From positions 4,384,001 to 4,448,000 of the forward strand of contig OZ242374.1 in the NCBI GenBank assembly GCA_965209055.1: a stretch of DNA of 64,000 nucleotides, read 5' to 3'. The position numbers were made by a program, and so were the translations under genes. Below the pieces are notes generated by a model, which saw nothing but the letters and a program-made list of their open reading frames with translations, was not told the origin of the DNA and ran no database searches. This DNA is from Acidobacteriota bacterium (GTDB lineage Bacteria; Acidobacteriota; UBA6911; RPQK01; JAJDTT01). Shown one piece after another: positions 37,833-46,752 of this stretch (position 1 is its first letter; each line of letters opens with the position of its first letter).

Positions 37833-39038
37833 TCAAAGAGATCTGAGGAAGGCCAGCAGCGCGCCGCGTTCCTCCGCGGTCAGGGCTTCGAAAAGGGTTC
37901 GGCTGGACTCGGCCTCGACGCGATGCCTCAGAATCGCCGCTTCAATGGTGGCCGCGGACCCGTCGTGCAGATACGGAGCGCGATGCGAGACGCCCCAAAG
38001 AGCTGGCGTCCGGATCTCCGCTGGACCGGCATCTCCATCCTGAATCCCATCTCCGGTCCCGACGTCGTGGAGCAGAAAGTCCCCAAATGGTCTGAAAGTC
38101 TTGTTGCTGAGGGCTTCGAACGGGCTGGAGCCGGTCTGCAGAGTCGGAACGTGACAGGCGGAACAACGAACTTCCTCGAACAGTTCCTCCCCCCGCCGTG
38201 TCGTGTCGTTTTCCGTACCTCCGGGCGGCGGTCCCAGCAGGCGCATGAAATTCGCGAAGTTGTCGATTCCTCGCAGCCCCGTGGACAGTTCCGGCCCATC
38301 TTCAGGGTCGGCGACGGGGTCGATGAGTTCCAACGGCTCGCAGTCTCCGGCAGGACACATCTCGTCGGGGAACAGGTCGCTGGTGATCCCCATTTCGTTG
38401 CGGTAGGCCTCTGCTCCGAAGGTGAACAGGGAGGACTGCTGCGCCTTCCAACCGAAACGCCCGGCGCGCGTCTCTCCGGAGTCCCGGTCCACCACCCAGT
38501 GGACCCGCCCGCTGATTCCGTCGCCATCCTCGTCTTCCGGATCTTCCAGGGCCGCCAGAACCTCGTCCGGAACCGCTTCCACAAGACCGCCTCCGAACAA
38601 GGGGATCGGCTGCCGCCTGGCCACCACGTTGGCGCCTTCCGGGATCGCGGCCTGAATCGAATGGTCGGGAATGGAGAAGAGATGGATCAACGATCCGCCC
38701 GGCGGATCCTGAAAGGTTCCGTCGGCGTCCAGAGTTCCGGCCCGGACCTCGGTGATGGTGCTGATCCCCCCAATGGCGGGAGTAACGTGGCATTCGGCGC
38801 ATGAGCGGCCGTTGTACAGAGGCCCCAGTCCTTCATCGGCGTCCTCCACTTCCAGAAAGTCTTCGAGTCCCAGGCGGAAAAGTTCGAATTCCGCCCCATC
38901 GATTCCCTGGATGGGTTCGCCGAACTCGGTGCCCCGCACAACGGTTCCTTGCCCGGCCCCCGGACCGGACATCGCAGCAAGGGCCAGCGCCGTCGCCAGT
39001 ATGCCCCCCCCCTTCACCATCCGGCACCCTTTCCACAT
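37833..39038 (-). CDS. Di-haem oxidoreductase (DHOR) family c-type cytochrome
   Basis: GLGP, CAECH, D.DGDGISGR, GRFGWKA, CSACH, DFLLHD, RTP.LWG and YLHDG motifs; signal peptide. Confidence 0.88.
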   Translation of the reverse strand: MWKGCRMVKGGGILATALALAAMSGPGAGQGTVVRGTEFGEPIQGIDGAEFELFRLGLEDFLEVEDADEGLGPLYNGRSCAECHVTPAIGGISTITEVRAGTLDADGTFQDPPGGSLIHLFSIPDHSIQAAIPEGANVVARRQPIPLFGGGLVEAVPDEVLAALEDPEDEDGDGISGRVHWVVDRDSGETRAGRFGWKAQQSSLFTFGAEAYRNEMGITSDLFPDEMCPAGDCEPLELIDPVADPEDGPELSTGLRGIDNFANFMRLLGPPPGGTENDTTRRGEELFEEVRCSACHVPTLQTGSSPFEALSNKTFRPFGDFLLHDVGTGDGIQDGDAGPAEIRTPALWGVSHRAPYLHDGSAATIEAAILRHRVEAESSRTLFEALTAEERGALLAFLRSL

Positions 39039-39057
39039 GGCGTTCCTTCCGCGGCCC

Positions 39058-39441
39058 TTATTCCACAATGATGGTTCCCCGCATCATGGTGTGGCCGGCG
39101 CCACAAGGCCGCGAGCATTCGAACGGATATTTCCCCGCCTTCCGGGATCGGAAACGGATCTTGATCTTTCCCTGACCCCGCCCCGGAATGGTGACGTCGA
39201 TGCCGGCCTTGGGGATGCGAAAGCCATGAAACGTGTCCTGACTGCTCAACTCGATCTCCAGCAGCGTTCCCCGCTTGACCCGAATCCTGGAGGGAATGAA
39301 GTGAAACCTCTCCGCCGAGACCCGAACCTTCCGGACCTTCGCGTCATCTTTCCGCTCCGCGGTTGAAACGGGGGACGCGGGACCGGCTCCCGGACCGAGC
39401 AGGAGCAGGACGAATGTCAGCAGGATCAGCGGGATCTTCAC
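39058..39441 (-). CDS. Secreted cupredoxin with a CuA-type site
   Basis: HGF..CSRPCGAGHTMM (H, CxxxCxxxHxxM); signal peptide; SD AGGAGG. Confidence 0.85.
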   Translation of the reverse strand: MKIPLILLTFVLLLLGPGAGPASPVSTAERKDDAKVRKVRVSAERFHFIPSRIRVKRGTLLEIELSSQDTFHGFRIPKAGIDVTIPGRGQGKIKIRFRSRKAGKYPFECSRPCGAGHTMMRGTIIVE

Positions 39442-39452
39442 GGCCGTTCCTC

Positions 39453-40895
39453 CTAAAACCACCAGCCGATACCCAGGTTCCACCGGTTTCGGGGCCGCAC
39501 GACCCGGCTGGCGTTCCTCATGAAGTTGTAATCGGCTTTCAGGACCACATCCGGATGAGGAAAGTAGGACAGGCCCAGTATATGTGCCGACCGGTCGAAC
39601 TGGCTCAGGGGAAAGAACCCTTGAGGCATCCGGTACTGAGTGTCGAAGTTCTCGTAACGGTAAAACCCGACCAGATCATGGCTGGAACCGGACGGCACCA
39701 GACTGCTGGATCCCTCCAGGTAGAATCCCCGCATTCCCCGGGCAATGTTCGGGTTGATTCCGGCGCTGCGGCGAATCGCCGCATTGACTTCGGAAGCCTG
39801 TCCCAAATGGGTCACGGCAAATTGCCCTCGAGCTTCAAAGCGATCGAACCGGACCCTGCCGTCGAATTCGAAGATCCGCAATCGGGCGTCCAGATCCCGG
39901 AGGTGGAATCCCGTCTCTCCGGTCCAGAAGCTGGCGCCCAGATTCATTCCCGGAAGGGGTCCATAGTCGACTCGCCCGACCCAGGCCAGATTGCGCGCGT
40001 TCTCCAAGAACGATTTCTGCCTCCCCTCCCGGAATCCCTCTTCCGCCGAGAAGAGGGAGCCGTCCAGGGAACTCATGACATAGGTCTTGTAGGAAAGGCC
40101 GCCACCCAAGTCTCCCACCAGGCCTCCGCCGGCGGCGAACCAGGTGGTGGGGAGGATGACCTCATCCACGAAGGGACGCTCCACCCCGTGAAACGCCGTG
40201 GGTTCGTGTCTTTCGTTGATGATTCCCACCGGGGTCAACAGAACTCCGGCCCGAAAGTTGAATCGCGGGTCGATGAGAAAGTCCAGGAAGGCCTGTTCCA
40301 GTTCCAACTCGCCGGTGGGAGCGCCGCCCTCGATCAGACCGTGCTCGAGTTCCAACTCCGACCAGAACCGGATCCGATCTCCGAACATGTGGCCCAGGTT
40401 CAGAACGAAGCGGTGAAAATCGAGGGTCGTCGGGTTCAGGCCGTCGTGGTTGACATGCATCTCCATGTACCCGGACATGGGCATGCTGCCGTCGAAGAAT
40501 CCCGCTGAAGCGTCGATCGCCTCAGGCGCCGCCACCACCTCGGCCACCACCATCGCCTCCTCCACAGGCGATGGTTCCTCTGCCGCCACGGCCGGTTCCG
40601 GACCCGGCTCTTCGACCCGGGCCGCGTCTCCGCGTATGGTCTTGAGCTCGGCGGCCAAGGTCCGAAGCTGAGTTTTCACGTCCTCGTCCAGCGTGCCCTC
40701 CAGGGCGGCGGCCAGGAGTGCGATCAGCCGCTCCAGATTGGATTCCATCCGGTCGAGACGGTCTTCCAGGGACTCCCGCGAGGGATCGCCTTCCGCCGCG
40801 CGGATCTCGCCCCCGACAGAAACGGCGACCAGCAGGAGGACGGGGACGGATCGAATGGCAATTGCCGCCGCCGTAGCGAGGCGAGAGTATTTCAT
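39453..40895 (-). CDS. Outer-membrane porin-like beta-barrel with an N-terminal coiled coil
   Basis: Signal peptide; GY.E, DFHRFV, ELELEH and HEP..F motifs; C-terminal LGIGWWF beta-signal. Confidence 0.8.
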   Translation of the reverse strand: MKYSRLATAAAIAIRSVPVLLLVAVSVGGEIRAAEGDPSRESLEDRLDRMESNLERLIALLAAALEGTLDEDVKTQLRTLAAELKTIRGDAARVEEPGPEPAVAAEEPSPVEEAMVVAEVVAAPEAIDASAGFFDGSMPMSGYMEMHVNHDGLNPTTLDFHRFVLNLGHMFGDRIRFWSELELEHGLIEGGAPTGELELEQAFLDFLIDPRFNFRAGVLLTPVGIINERHEPTAFHGVERPFVDEVILPTTWFAAGGGLVGDLGGGLSYKTYVMSSLDGSLFSAEEGFREGRQKSFLENARNLAWVGRVDYGPLPGMNLGASFWTGETGFHLRDLDARLRIFEFDGRVRFDRFEARGQFAVTHLGQASEVNAAIRRSAGINPNIARGMRGFYLEGSSSLVPSGSSHDLVGFYRYENFDTQYRMPQGFFPLSQFDRSAHILGLSYFPHPDVVLKADYNFMRNASRVVRPRNRWNLGIGWWF

Positions 40896-40899
40896 GGTG

Positions 40900-40937
40900 C
40901 TAAACTTAAGTTTAGTCTTGTCTAAACTTCAGGTCAA
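40900..40937 (-). promoter_or_regulatory. Promoter TTGACC-17-TAAACT overlapped by a triple CTAAACTT operator
   Basis: CTAAACTT at 40900-07, AAGTTTAG at 40908-15, CTAAACTT at 40922-29. An AT-rich patch in GC-rich DNA. Confidence 0.7.
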
Positions 40938-41007
40938 CACGTGGGGTGCCGAGTTGCAGTCAAGGAGCGGATCGAGGCCCGGCTGCCGGCGATCGCTGCG
41001 GTGCGGG

Positions 41008-43434
41008 TCAGCTTCCGGGCTCGGTTTCGGAAGCGATCCGATCGTAGATCCGGCGGGCGTGGTCATAGGCCTTGCGTGCCGCGCCCTTCTCCGAATCGCG
41101 GATCTTGCCCTGCTTCATCTTCCAGCATTGATCCACGGCCTGACGGCACCATTCGGCGCTCTTGCGGGAAGCCCGCACCGGCTTGTCTCCCACCAGGACG
41201 AAGATGGGATTGGTATGGGAGCTGGCAAGAACCCGCAGAGCGACCCAACTGGACCGGGTGAGCTCATGATCGAACTCGATCTCGTTCCAGTCGCCATCAG
41301 CCGTCACGACCCGGGTTGCCACGGGCTGACCGTTCACCACCAGTTCCAGGGGCACCTCACGGCTGGTTCCCCTGCGGGCCCGTTCCAGATGCCAATAGGG
41401 AGGCTGAGTCAAGCCCCGGGAGGCAATCAACGCGCCCACGTCATCCTGCCTTTCCGGAAGGTAGGCGGCGACCCGGGCCCGGACCTTCACCCGGCCGGGT
41501 GCGGCCAGCCTGAGTTCACTTCCCTCCGTACCCAGTTCCCGGTCCTGCACCCGAAACCCGATGATGTGCGATCTGCCGTCCGAGACGTAGCTCCGCCCGG
41601 CGCGGATCTGATCCATGTAGCGGTCGAAATCCAACTCCCCTTCCAGCTTCGCGTAGCTGCGAGACATCCCGATTCGGTCATCGTAAATGCAGGGAAAGTC
41701 GGTCTCTCCACTGATGCGGGTCCGAAACCCGGAGTTCAGGGTGTGGTACCAGATGTTGAACTCCCAGGGCAGCGGCGTGTCTCCGGCGGAAATGAAGTCC
41801 ACCGCGTCGTGGGTGACCGACACGATGTACTCATTGGCGCCGATTCCGTCGAACTTGGCCATCACGTAGTTGGGCAGCTCGGTGGTGAATTCCATCGGCT
41901 CCAGGCCCCATCCCGAATGGGAGTAGCCGACGACGGCCCCCTGACCCTGTCCCCACTGCAGGACAGGAAGGGTCCAGCTCGGCCATTGCTGGACCCGGGT
42001 CGTCCCGGGGTAGTCGTCTTCCCGCAGGCGCAGAAGACAGAGATGGCCCGCGTGCGAGGAGGGAAAACCGGAAACCTCCACGTCGTAACGCATCAGGTTG
42101 TTCCGGTTGGAGAGGGAATGCACCCGGCCCTCGAAGAACTCCTTCTGGTGATACCAACACGGTCCCCAGGTCAAGACGCAGGCGATGTTCAAATCTTCGC
42201 CCAGGGCCTGGCGCCACATGTGAAGCGGCTGGACCCCTTCGTCGGGGCTCTCGTAGTGGCTGCACCCGGCGGCATGGACATGGTGGTCGGCGCTGTACCA
42301 GCCCAGGGCCGCCAAATGCGTCCAGCGCTGCAGCCGGAAATCGATCTCCTGCTCTTCGACCCCGGAACGAACGCGGACTCTCCGGTTCTGAACCAGGTAT
42401 TCCGGACCGCGGGTGACGCGAATCTCGTATTCGCCCGCCGGCAGGAAGACATGCTCCCCGTCGGCACGGTAGACCTGAGGGTGGAAGAAAAAATCGGGAT
42501 ATTCTCCGCGGGAGAGCCGCCGCGACGGCAATGGGTAGACCCCCACCAGGCGGCCGACGGGGCCGGGAGTATTGCCGATGCCCCGGGTCCGGTCCCAGGG
42601 ACGCCTCAACGCCAGAGCCAACCGGTAGTCCGAGGGCAGCCGGTTCAGTTCCGGATCCTCGATCACCCGTTCGATGCCGTCGGTGATGACGAACGACGCC
42701 ATGGTGGGAGAACCGTCGTGATCCTTGACCCGGAGCCGGACCTTAACCGCAGGGCGGCAATCGAAGAGGATGTCCACGCTGTTGCGAAAGCCCAGGTCCT
42801 GGGTCCCCTGCCCCACGTGGAATCCGATCTTGGCTTCGCGCAGCCCCTGTTCCCGAGCGTAGATCTGGACGATGGCGTACTCCAGCTTCAGACCCGATAG
42901 GCGGCTGTGCAAGGGACGGCGGCCATAGATGGCCAACTCCAGGAAACGATTGGCCACGTCTCCGTCCGAGAGCACGTTCTCCGGCTTGACCCGCTTGGCT
43001 CCGGTCGACTTGTGAAACAGCGGCAGCGCATTGGGGCTCTCGGCGTGGAGCTGGGCGTTGACGGCCGCGTCGTTTTCTATCTTGACCAGAAAGCTGGACC
43101 ATCCTCCCTGGACCAGGAGGGGAGCCGCCGGTCCGCGAATCACCTTGACCCGGGCCTCGGGGTTGATGGACACCATGGCGAGGCAATACGGATCCAGAAC
43201 GGTCTGGATTTCACGGACCACGGCATCGGAAGGCGCCTGATCCCTCAGGGCCTGGATCCGCTCCCAGTCCCGGCTCTCCAAGCGGCTGCCCAGGAACGAA
43301 AGGGCTTCCCCAAGGCGGACGACCTGAGCCATCAGCGGCTGAGGCTCGACTTCGTCTACCAATGGCAACGCCTGTCCGGGGAGTAGCGAAAGGAAAGAGG
43401 CGGAGAGGACGATCAGCGCCATGGCCTGTTTCAC
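41008..43434 (-). CDS. CehA/McbA-family PHP-like metallohydrolase, secreted
   Basis: RGPEY, GWYSADHHVH, WY..LN.G and GETDFPC motifs; signal peptide; SD GGAGG. Confidence 0.8.
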   Translation of the reverse strand: MKQAMALIVLSASFLSLLPGQALPLVDEVEPQPLMAQVVRLGEALSFLGSRLESRDWERIQALRDQAPSDAVVREIQTVLDPYCLAMVSINPEARVKVIRGPAAPLLVQGGWSSFLVKIENDAAVNAQLHAESPNALPLFHKSTGAKRVKPENVLSDGDVANRFLELAIYGRRPLHSRLSGLKLEYAIVQIYAREQGLREAKIGFHVGQGTQDLGFRNSVDILFDCRPAVKVRLRVKDHDGSPTMASFVITDGIERVIEDPELNRLPSDYRLALALRRPWDRTRGIGNTPGPVGRLVGVYPLPSRRLSRGEYPDFFFHPQVYRADGEHVFLPAGEYEIRVTRGPEYLVQNRRVRVRSGVEEQEIDFRLQRWTHLAALGWYSADHHVHAAGCSHYESPDEGVQPLHMWRQALGEDLNIACVLTWGPCWYHQKEFFEGRVHSLSNRNNLMRYDVEVSGFPSSHAGHLCLLRLREDDYPGTTRVQQWPSWTLPVLQWGQGQGAVVGYSHSGWGLEPMEFTTELPNYVMAKFDGIGANEYIVSVTHDAVDFISAGDTPLPWEFNIWYHTLNSGFRTRISGETDFPCIYDDRIGMSRSYAKLEGELDFDRYMDQIRAGRSYVSDGRSHIIGFRVQDRELGTEGSELRLAAPGRVKVRARVAAYLPERQDDVGALIASRGLTQPPYWHLERARRGTSREVPLELVVNGQPVATRVVTADGDWNEIEFDHELTRSSWVALRVLASSHTNPIFVLVGDKPVRASRKSAEWCRQAVDQCWKMKQGKIRDSEKGAARKAYDHARRIYDRIASETEPGS

Positions 43435-43627
43435 GGTGGGCCTCCTTTGGTTGAGGATTGCGGTGTCAGGCTACCACAGGCGGCAGGAATGACTCCCGGC
43501 CGTTTCTTGAAATGCCCCTCGGCGGCCGATATTCTTCTGGCGGAACGGCCGGCGGCACCATGCCGCGGGACACGGCGGCAACCGCCGTCCAAGATCCGTC
43601 CAACGCCAGCGAAAGGAGCAACGAGTC

Positions 43628-44521
43628 ATGCCCGATGCAGACCGGCCAGGCGAAGCCAAAAAATTCTACAGGGATATTCCCGCAACCAATAAGCCCTTCT
43701 TTCTGAAGGGATCCAATTCTCTGGACTGGGGAATGCAGAACCGCCTTTCCCGGATCTTCAACCCGGCTTCGGGGCGCACCGTCATGCTGGCCATCGACCA
43801 TGGCTACTTCATGGGTCCCACCACCGGCCTGGAACGGATCGACGTTCGCATCGTCCCCATCCTGGACTACTGCGACGCCCTGATGCTGACCCGGGGAATC
43901 CTTCGCACCACCATCCCCTCCAGCTTCGGCCGTGGGACCGTGCTCCGGGCCAGCGGCGGCCCCAGCATCCTCAAGGAGCTTTCCGACGAGCAACTCGCCC
44001 TGGACATCGAGGACGGTCTCCGGGCCAACGCCGCGGCCCTTGCGGTCCAGGTCTTCATCGGAGGGGAGTACGAGAGCCAATCGGTCCTGAACATGACCCG
44101 GCTCGTCGATCTGGGGAACCGCTATGGAATGCCGGTTCTGGCGGTGACGGCAGTGGGCCACGAGATGGAGCGGAATGCCAAGTATTTCCGGCTCGCCTGC
44201 AGGATGTGCGCGGAGCTGGGGGCTCATATCGTCAAGAGCTACTACATTCCCGACGGTTTCGAGACTGTGACCTCCTCCTGCCCCGTTCCCATGGTCATGG
44301 CCGGCGGCAAGAAGCTGCCGGAGCTGGATGCCCTCACCATGGCCTACAACGCGGTGCAGCAGGGAGCGTCAGGCGTGGATATGGGCCGCAACATCTTCCA
44401 GAGCGACACTCCCATCGCCATGATCCAGGCGATCCGCCAAGTGGTCCACAACCAGTTGAAGCCGAGCCACGCCTACGAGCTGTACCAGGACATGAGAGCC
44501 GAGAGCCTGGCCTCGACCTGA
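43628..44521 (+). CDS. lsrF: LsrF-type thiolase/class I aldolase
   Basis: [40 protein letters not shown] and [10 protein letters not shown] motifs. Confidence 0.9.
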   Translation: MPDADRPGEAKKFYRDIPATNKPFFLKGSNSLDWGMQNRLSRIFNPASGRTVMLAIDHGYFMGPTTGLERIDVRIVPILDYCDALMLTRGILRTTIPSSFGRGTVLRASGGPSILKELSDEQLALDIEDGLRANAAALAVQVFIGGEYESQSVLNMTRLVDLGNRYGMPVLAVTAVGHEMERNAKYFRLACRMCAELGAHIVKSYYIPDGFETVTSSCPVPMVMAGGKKLPELDALTMAYNAVQQGASGVDMGRNIFQSDTPIAMIQAIRQVVHNQLKPSHAYELYQDMRAESLAST

Positions 44522-44635
44522 TTATCGGCCGCCGCCGGGACACGCCCGTTCTCCGCCAGGTTCGGCTTCGACGATCCGATTCCGGCCTGCGGCCGGTGCG
44601 GGCGGGACGGCCCAAAAAACCACGGAACACCGCAA

Positions 44636-46744
44636 ATGAACAGCCGTTGGTCCGACCGGGAGGCCGAGCGGTTCGTCGACCGTTACGCCCGCCGGTGGGG
44701 CCGTGACCTGGCGCTGAGAACCTATACGTCACGCCTCCTGGGAGGGGAGCCCTCTCTCGTCCTTCACGGAGGCGGCAACACCTCGGTCAAGACCGAAATC
44801 ACGAACCTGCTGCAAGACCGGGTCTCCGCCCTCATGGTGAAGGCCTCCGGACACGACCTCGCCCGGATCGAGCCCGAGGGACACACGGGACTGGACCTGA
44901 GCCACCTGATCCGCCTCCGGAATCTGGAGCGGCTCGACGACCGGCAGATGGTGGACGAGTTCATGACCCACCGGCTGGACCCCAGGTCCCGGGTCCCTTC
45001 CATCGAGACCCTGGTGCACGCCTTCCTTCCTTCCAGGTTCGTCGATCACTGTCACGCCGACGCCATTCTGGCGTTGACCAATCAACCCGACGGAGAAGCG
45101 CTGGTCCAGGAAGCTCTCGGCGGCCATGTCCTGATCCTGGACTACTTCGAACCGGGGTTCTCTCTGGCCAAGGCATCGGCCGCCGCGTTTCACCATCATC
45201 CGAACCGGACGGGCATGGTCTGGATGCGGCACGGGCTGCTCACCTGGGGGGAAACGGCCCGGGAGTCTTACGAGGCCACGATCGACCTGGTGAGCCGAGC
45301 CGAAGCCTTCCTGTCACGGAAGGCTTCCCGGTCCCTCACTTTGCGGGTCCACACCTCCCCGGAGACGGCGCAGTCCGCGTGGAACCGCGCGGCGCCGATC
45401 CTGAGAGGTCTTCTGGCGCGGCCGTCGGGGAACCCCGACCAGCCTTGGCAGCGTGTTGTCCTGCTTCCTCTCCTGTCGCGGGAGACGCTGGACCTGGTGG
45501 ACTCCCATGAAGGAAGGTCTCTTGCCGTCACCCCTCCCCTGACGGCCGACCACCTGATCCGAATCAGGAATCTTCCGCTCTGGATCGACCCGCCGGAAAG
45601 CGACGATTCCCAGGTCTGGAGGAAACATGTTCGGAAGGCCCTGAGCGACTACTCCCAGGGCTACCGGGACTTCGTGCAACGCAACCGGATTCCGGGTGCG
45701 GAGACCGGGGCCCCCGGCGACCTGTCGCCTCGCCTCATCCTGATGCCCGGAATCGGAGCCGCCTGTGCCGGCCCCGACGCCGAGGCGGCGGCAATCGCAC
45801 GGGACATTGCCCGGCAGACCTTCATGGTCAAGGCCCGGATTGCCCGCATGGGAGGAACCTACCGGGGACTTGAAGAGTCTCACCTCTACCAGATGGAGCA
45901 CCGCGGGATCCAACAGGCCAAGCTGGCCGGCATTGAGAAACCTTTGCGCAGCCACGTGGCCGTGGTGACGGGCGCGGCGGGAGCCATCGGCTCGGGCATC
46001 AGCCGCGGCCTCCTGAAGGAGGGCTGCCACGTGGCCGTGACCGATCTCCCCGGCGACCGGCTGGAGGGTCTGGCCGCGGAGTTGAACGGCAGGTTCCCCA
46101 ACCGCGTGACGGCCGTCCCGATGGACGTCACCAGTCCTCGGTCCGTCGGCGAAGCCTTCGACTCCATTGTTTTGGAGTGGGGAGGCGTCGACCTCGTCGT
46201 GATCAATGCCGGCGTCGCTCTCGCCGGGTCCCTCGCCGAGATGGACAGCGGGGAGTTTCGCAAATCGGAGAGAGTCAACGTCGAGGGGACGCTCCACCTT
46301 CTCTCCAGAGCCGCCCGGCACTTTCGCCTCCAGGGCACCGGCGGAGACGTGGTCCTGGTCTCCACCAAGAACGTCTTCGCTCCCGGCGCGGGATTCGGCG
46401 CCTACAGCGCCACCAAGGCCGCCTCCCACCAATTGGCTCGCATCGCCAGCCTGGAGCTGGCCGAGATGGGGGTTCGGGTCAACATGGTCGCTCCCGACGC
46501 CGTTTTCTCCGATGGAGCCCGGAGATCGGGCCTGTGGGAACAGGTCGGACCCGACCGGATGCGGGCCCGGGGACTCGACCGGGAAGGACTGGAGGAATAC
46601 TACCGGGAGCGGAACCTCCTGAAGGCCCGGATCACGGCGGAACACGTGGCCCGCGCGGTCCTCTTCTTTGCTTCCCGCCAGACCCCCACCACTGGAGCGA
46701 CCCTGCCGGTGGACGGAGGATTGCCCGACGCCACTCCCAGGTGA
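44636..46744 (+). CDS. Bifunctional class II aldolase / short-chain dehydrogenase (RhaD-like)
   Basis: HGGGNTSVK, PSIETLVH, DHCH and HG motifs; SDR TGAAGAIG, NAG, YSATK. Confidence 0.9.
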   Translation: MNSRWSDREAERFVDRYARRWGRDLALRTYTSRLLGGEPSLVLHGGGNTSVKTEITNLLQDRVSALMVKASGHDLARIEPEGHTGLDLSHLIRLRNLERLDDRQMVDEFMTHRLDPRSRVPSIETLVHAFLPSRFVDHCHADAILALTNQPDGEALVQEALGGHVLILDYFEPGFSLAKASAAAFHHHPNRTGMVWMRHGLLTWGETARESYEATIDLVSRAEAFLSRKASRSLTLRVHTSPETAQSAWNRAAPILRGLLARPSGNPDQPWQRVVLLPLLSRETLDLVDSHEGRSLAVTPPLTADHLIRIRNLPLWIDPPESDDSQVWRKHVRKALSDYSQGYRDFVQRNRIPGAETGAPGDLSPRLILMPGIGAACAGPDAEAAAIARDIARQTFMVKARIARMGGTYRGLEESHLYQMEHRGIQQAKLAGIEKPLRSHVAVVTGAAGAIGSGISRGLLKEGCHVAVTDLPGDRLEGLAAELNGRFPNRVTAVPMDVTSPRSVGEAFDSIVLEWGGVDLVVINAGVALAGSLAEMDSGEFRKSERVNVEGTLHLLSRAARHFRLQGTGGDVVLVSTKNVFAPGAGFGAYSATKAASHQLARIASLELAEMGVRVNMVAPDAVFSDGARRSGLWEQVGPDRMRARGLDREGLEEYYRERNLLKARITAEHVARAVLFFASRQTPTTGATLPVDGGLPDATPR

Positions 46745-46752
46745 TCCCCGGC

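Noticed and set aside
39058-39441. Cytochrome c oxidase subunit II or nosZ
   Set aside because: Only the small soluble CuA domain is present; no TM helices, subunit I or propeller domain.
40693-42900. 735-aa plus-strand ORF
   Set aside because: Antisense to the CehA/McbA-like and porin genes; no recognisable domain.
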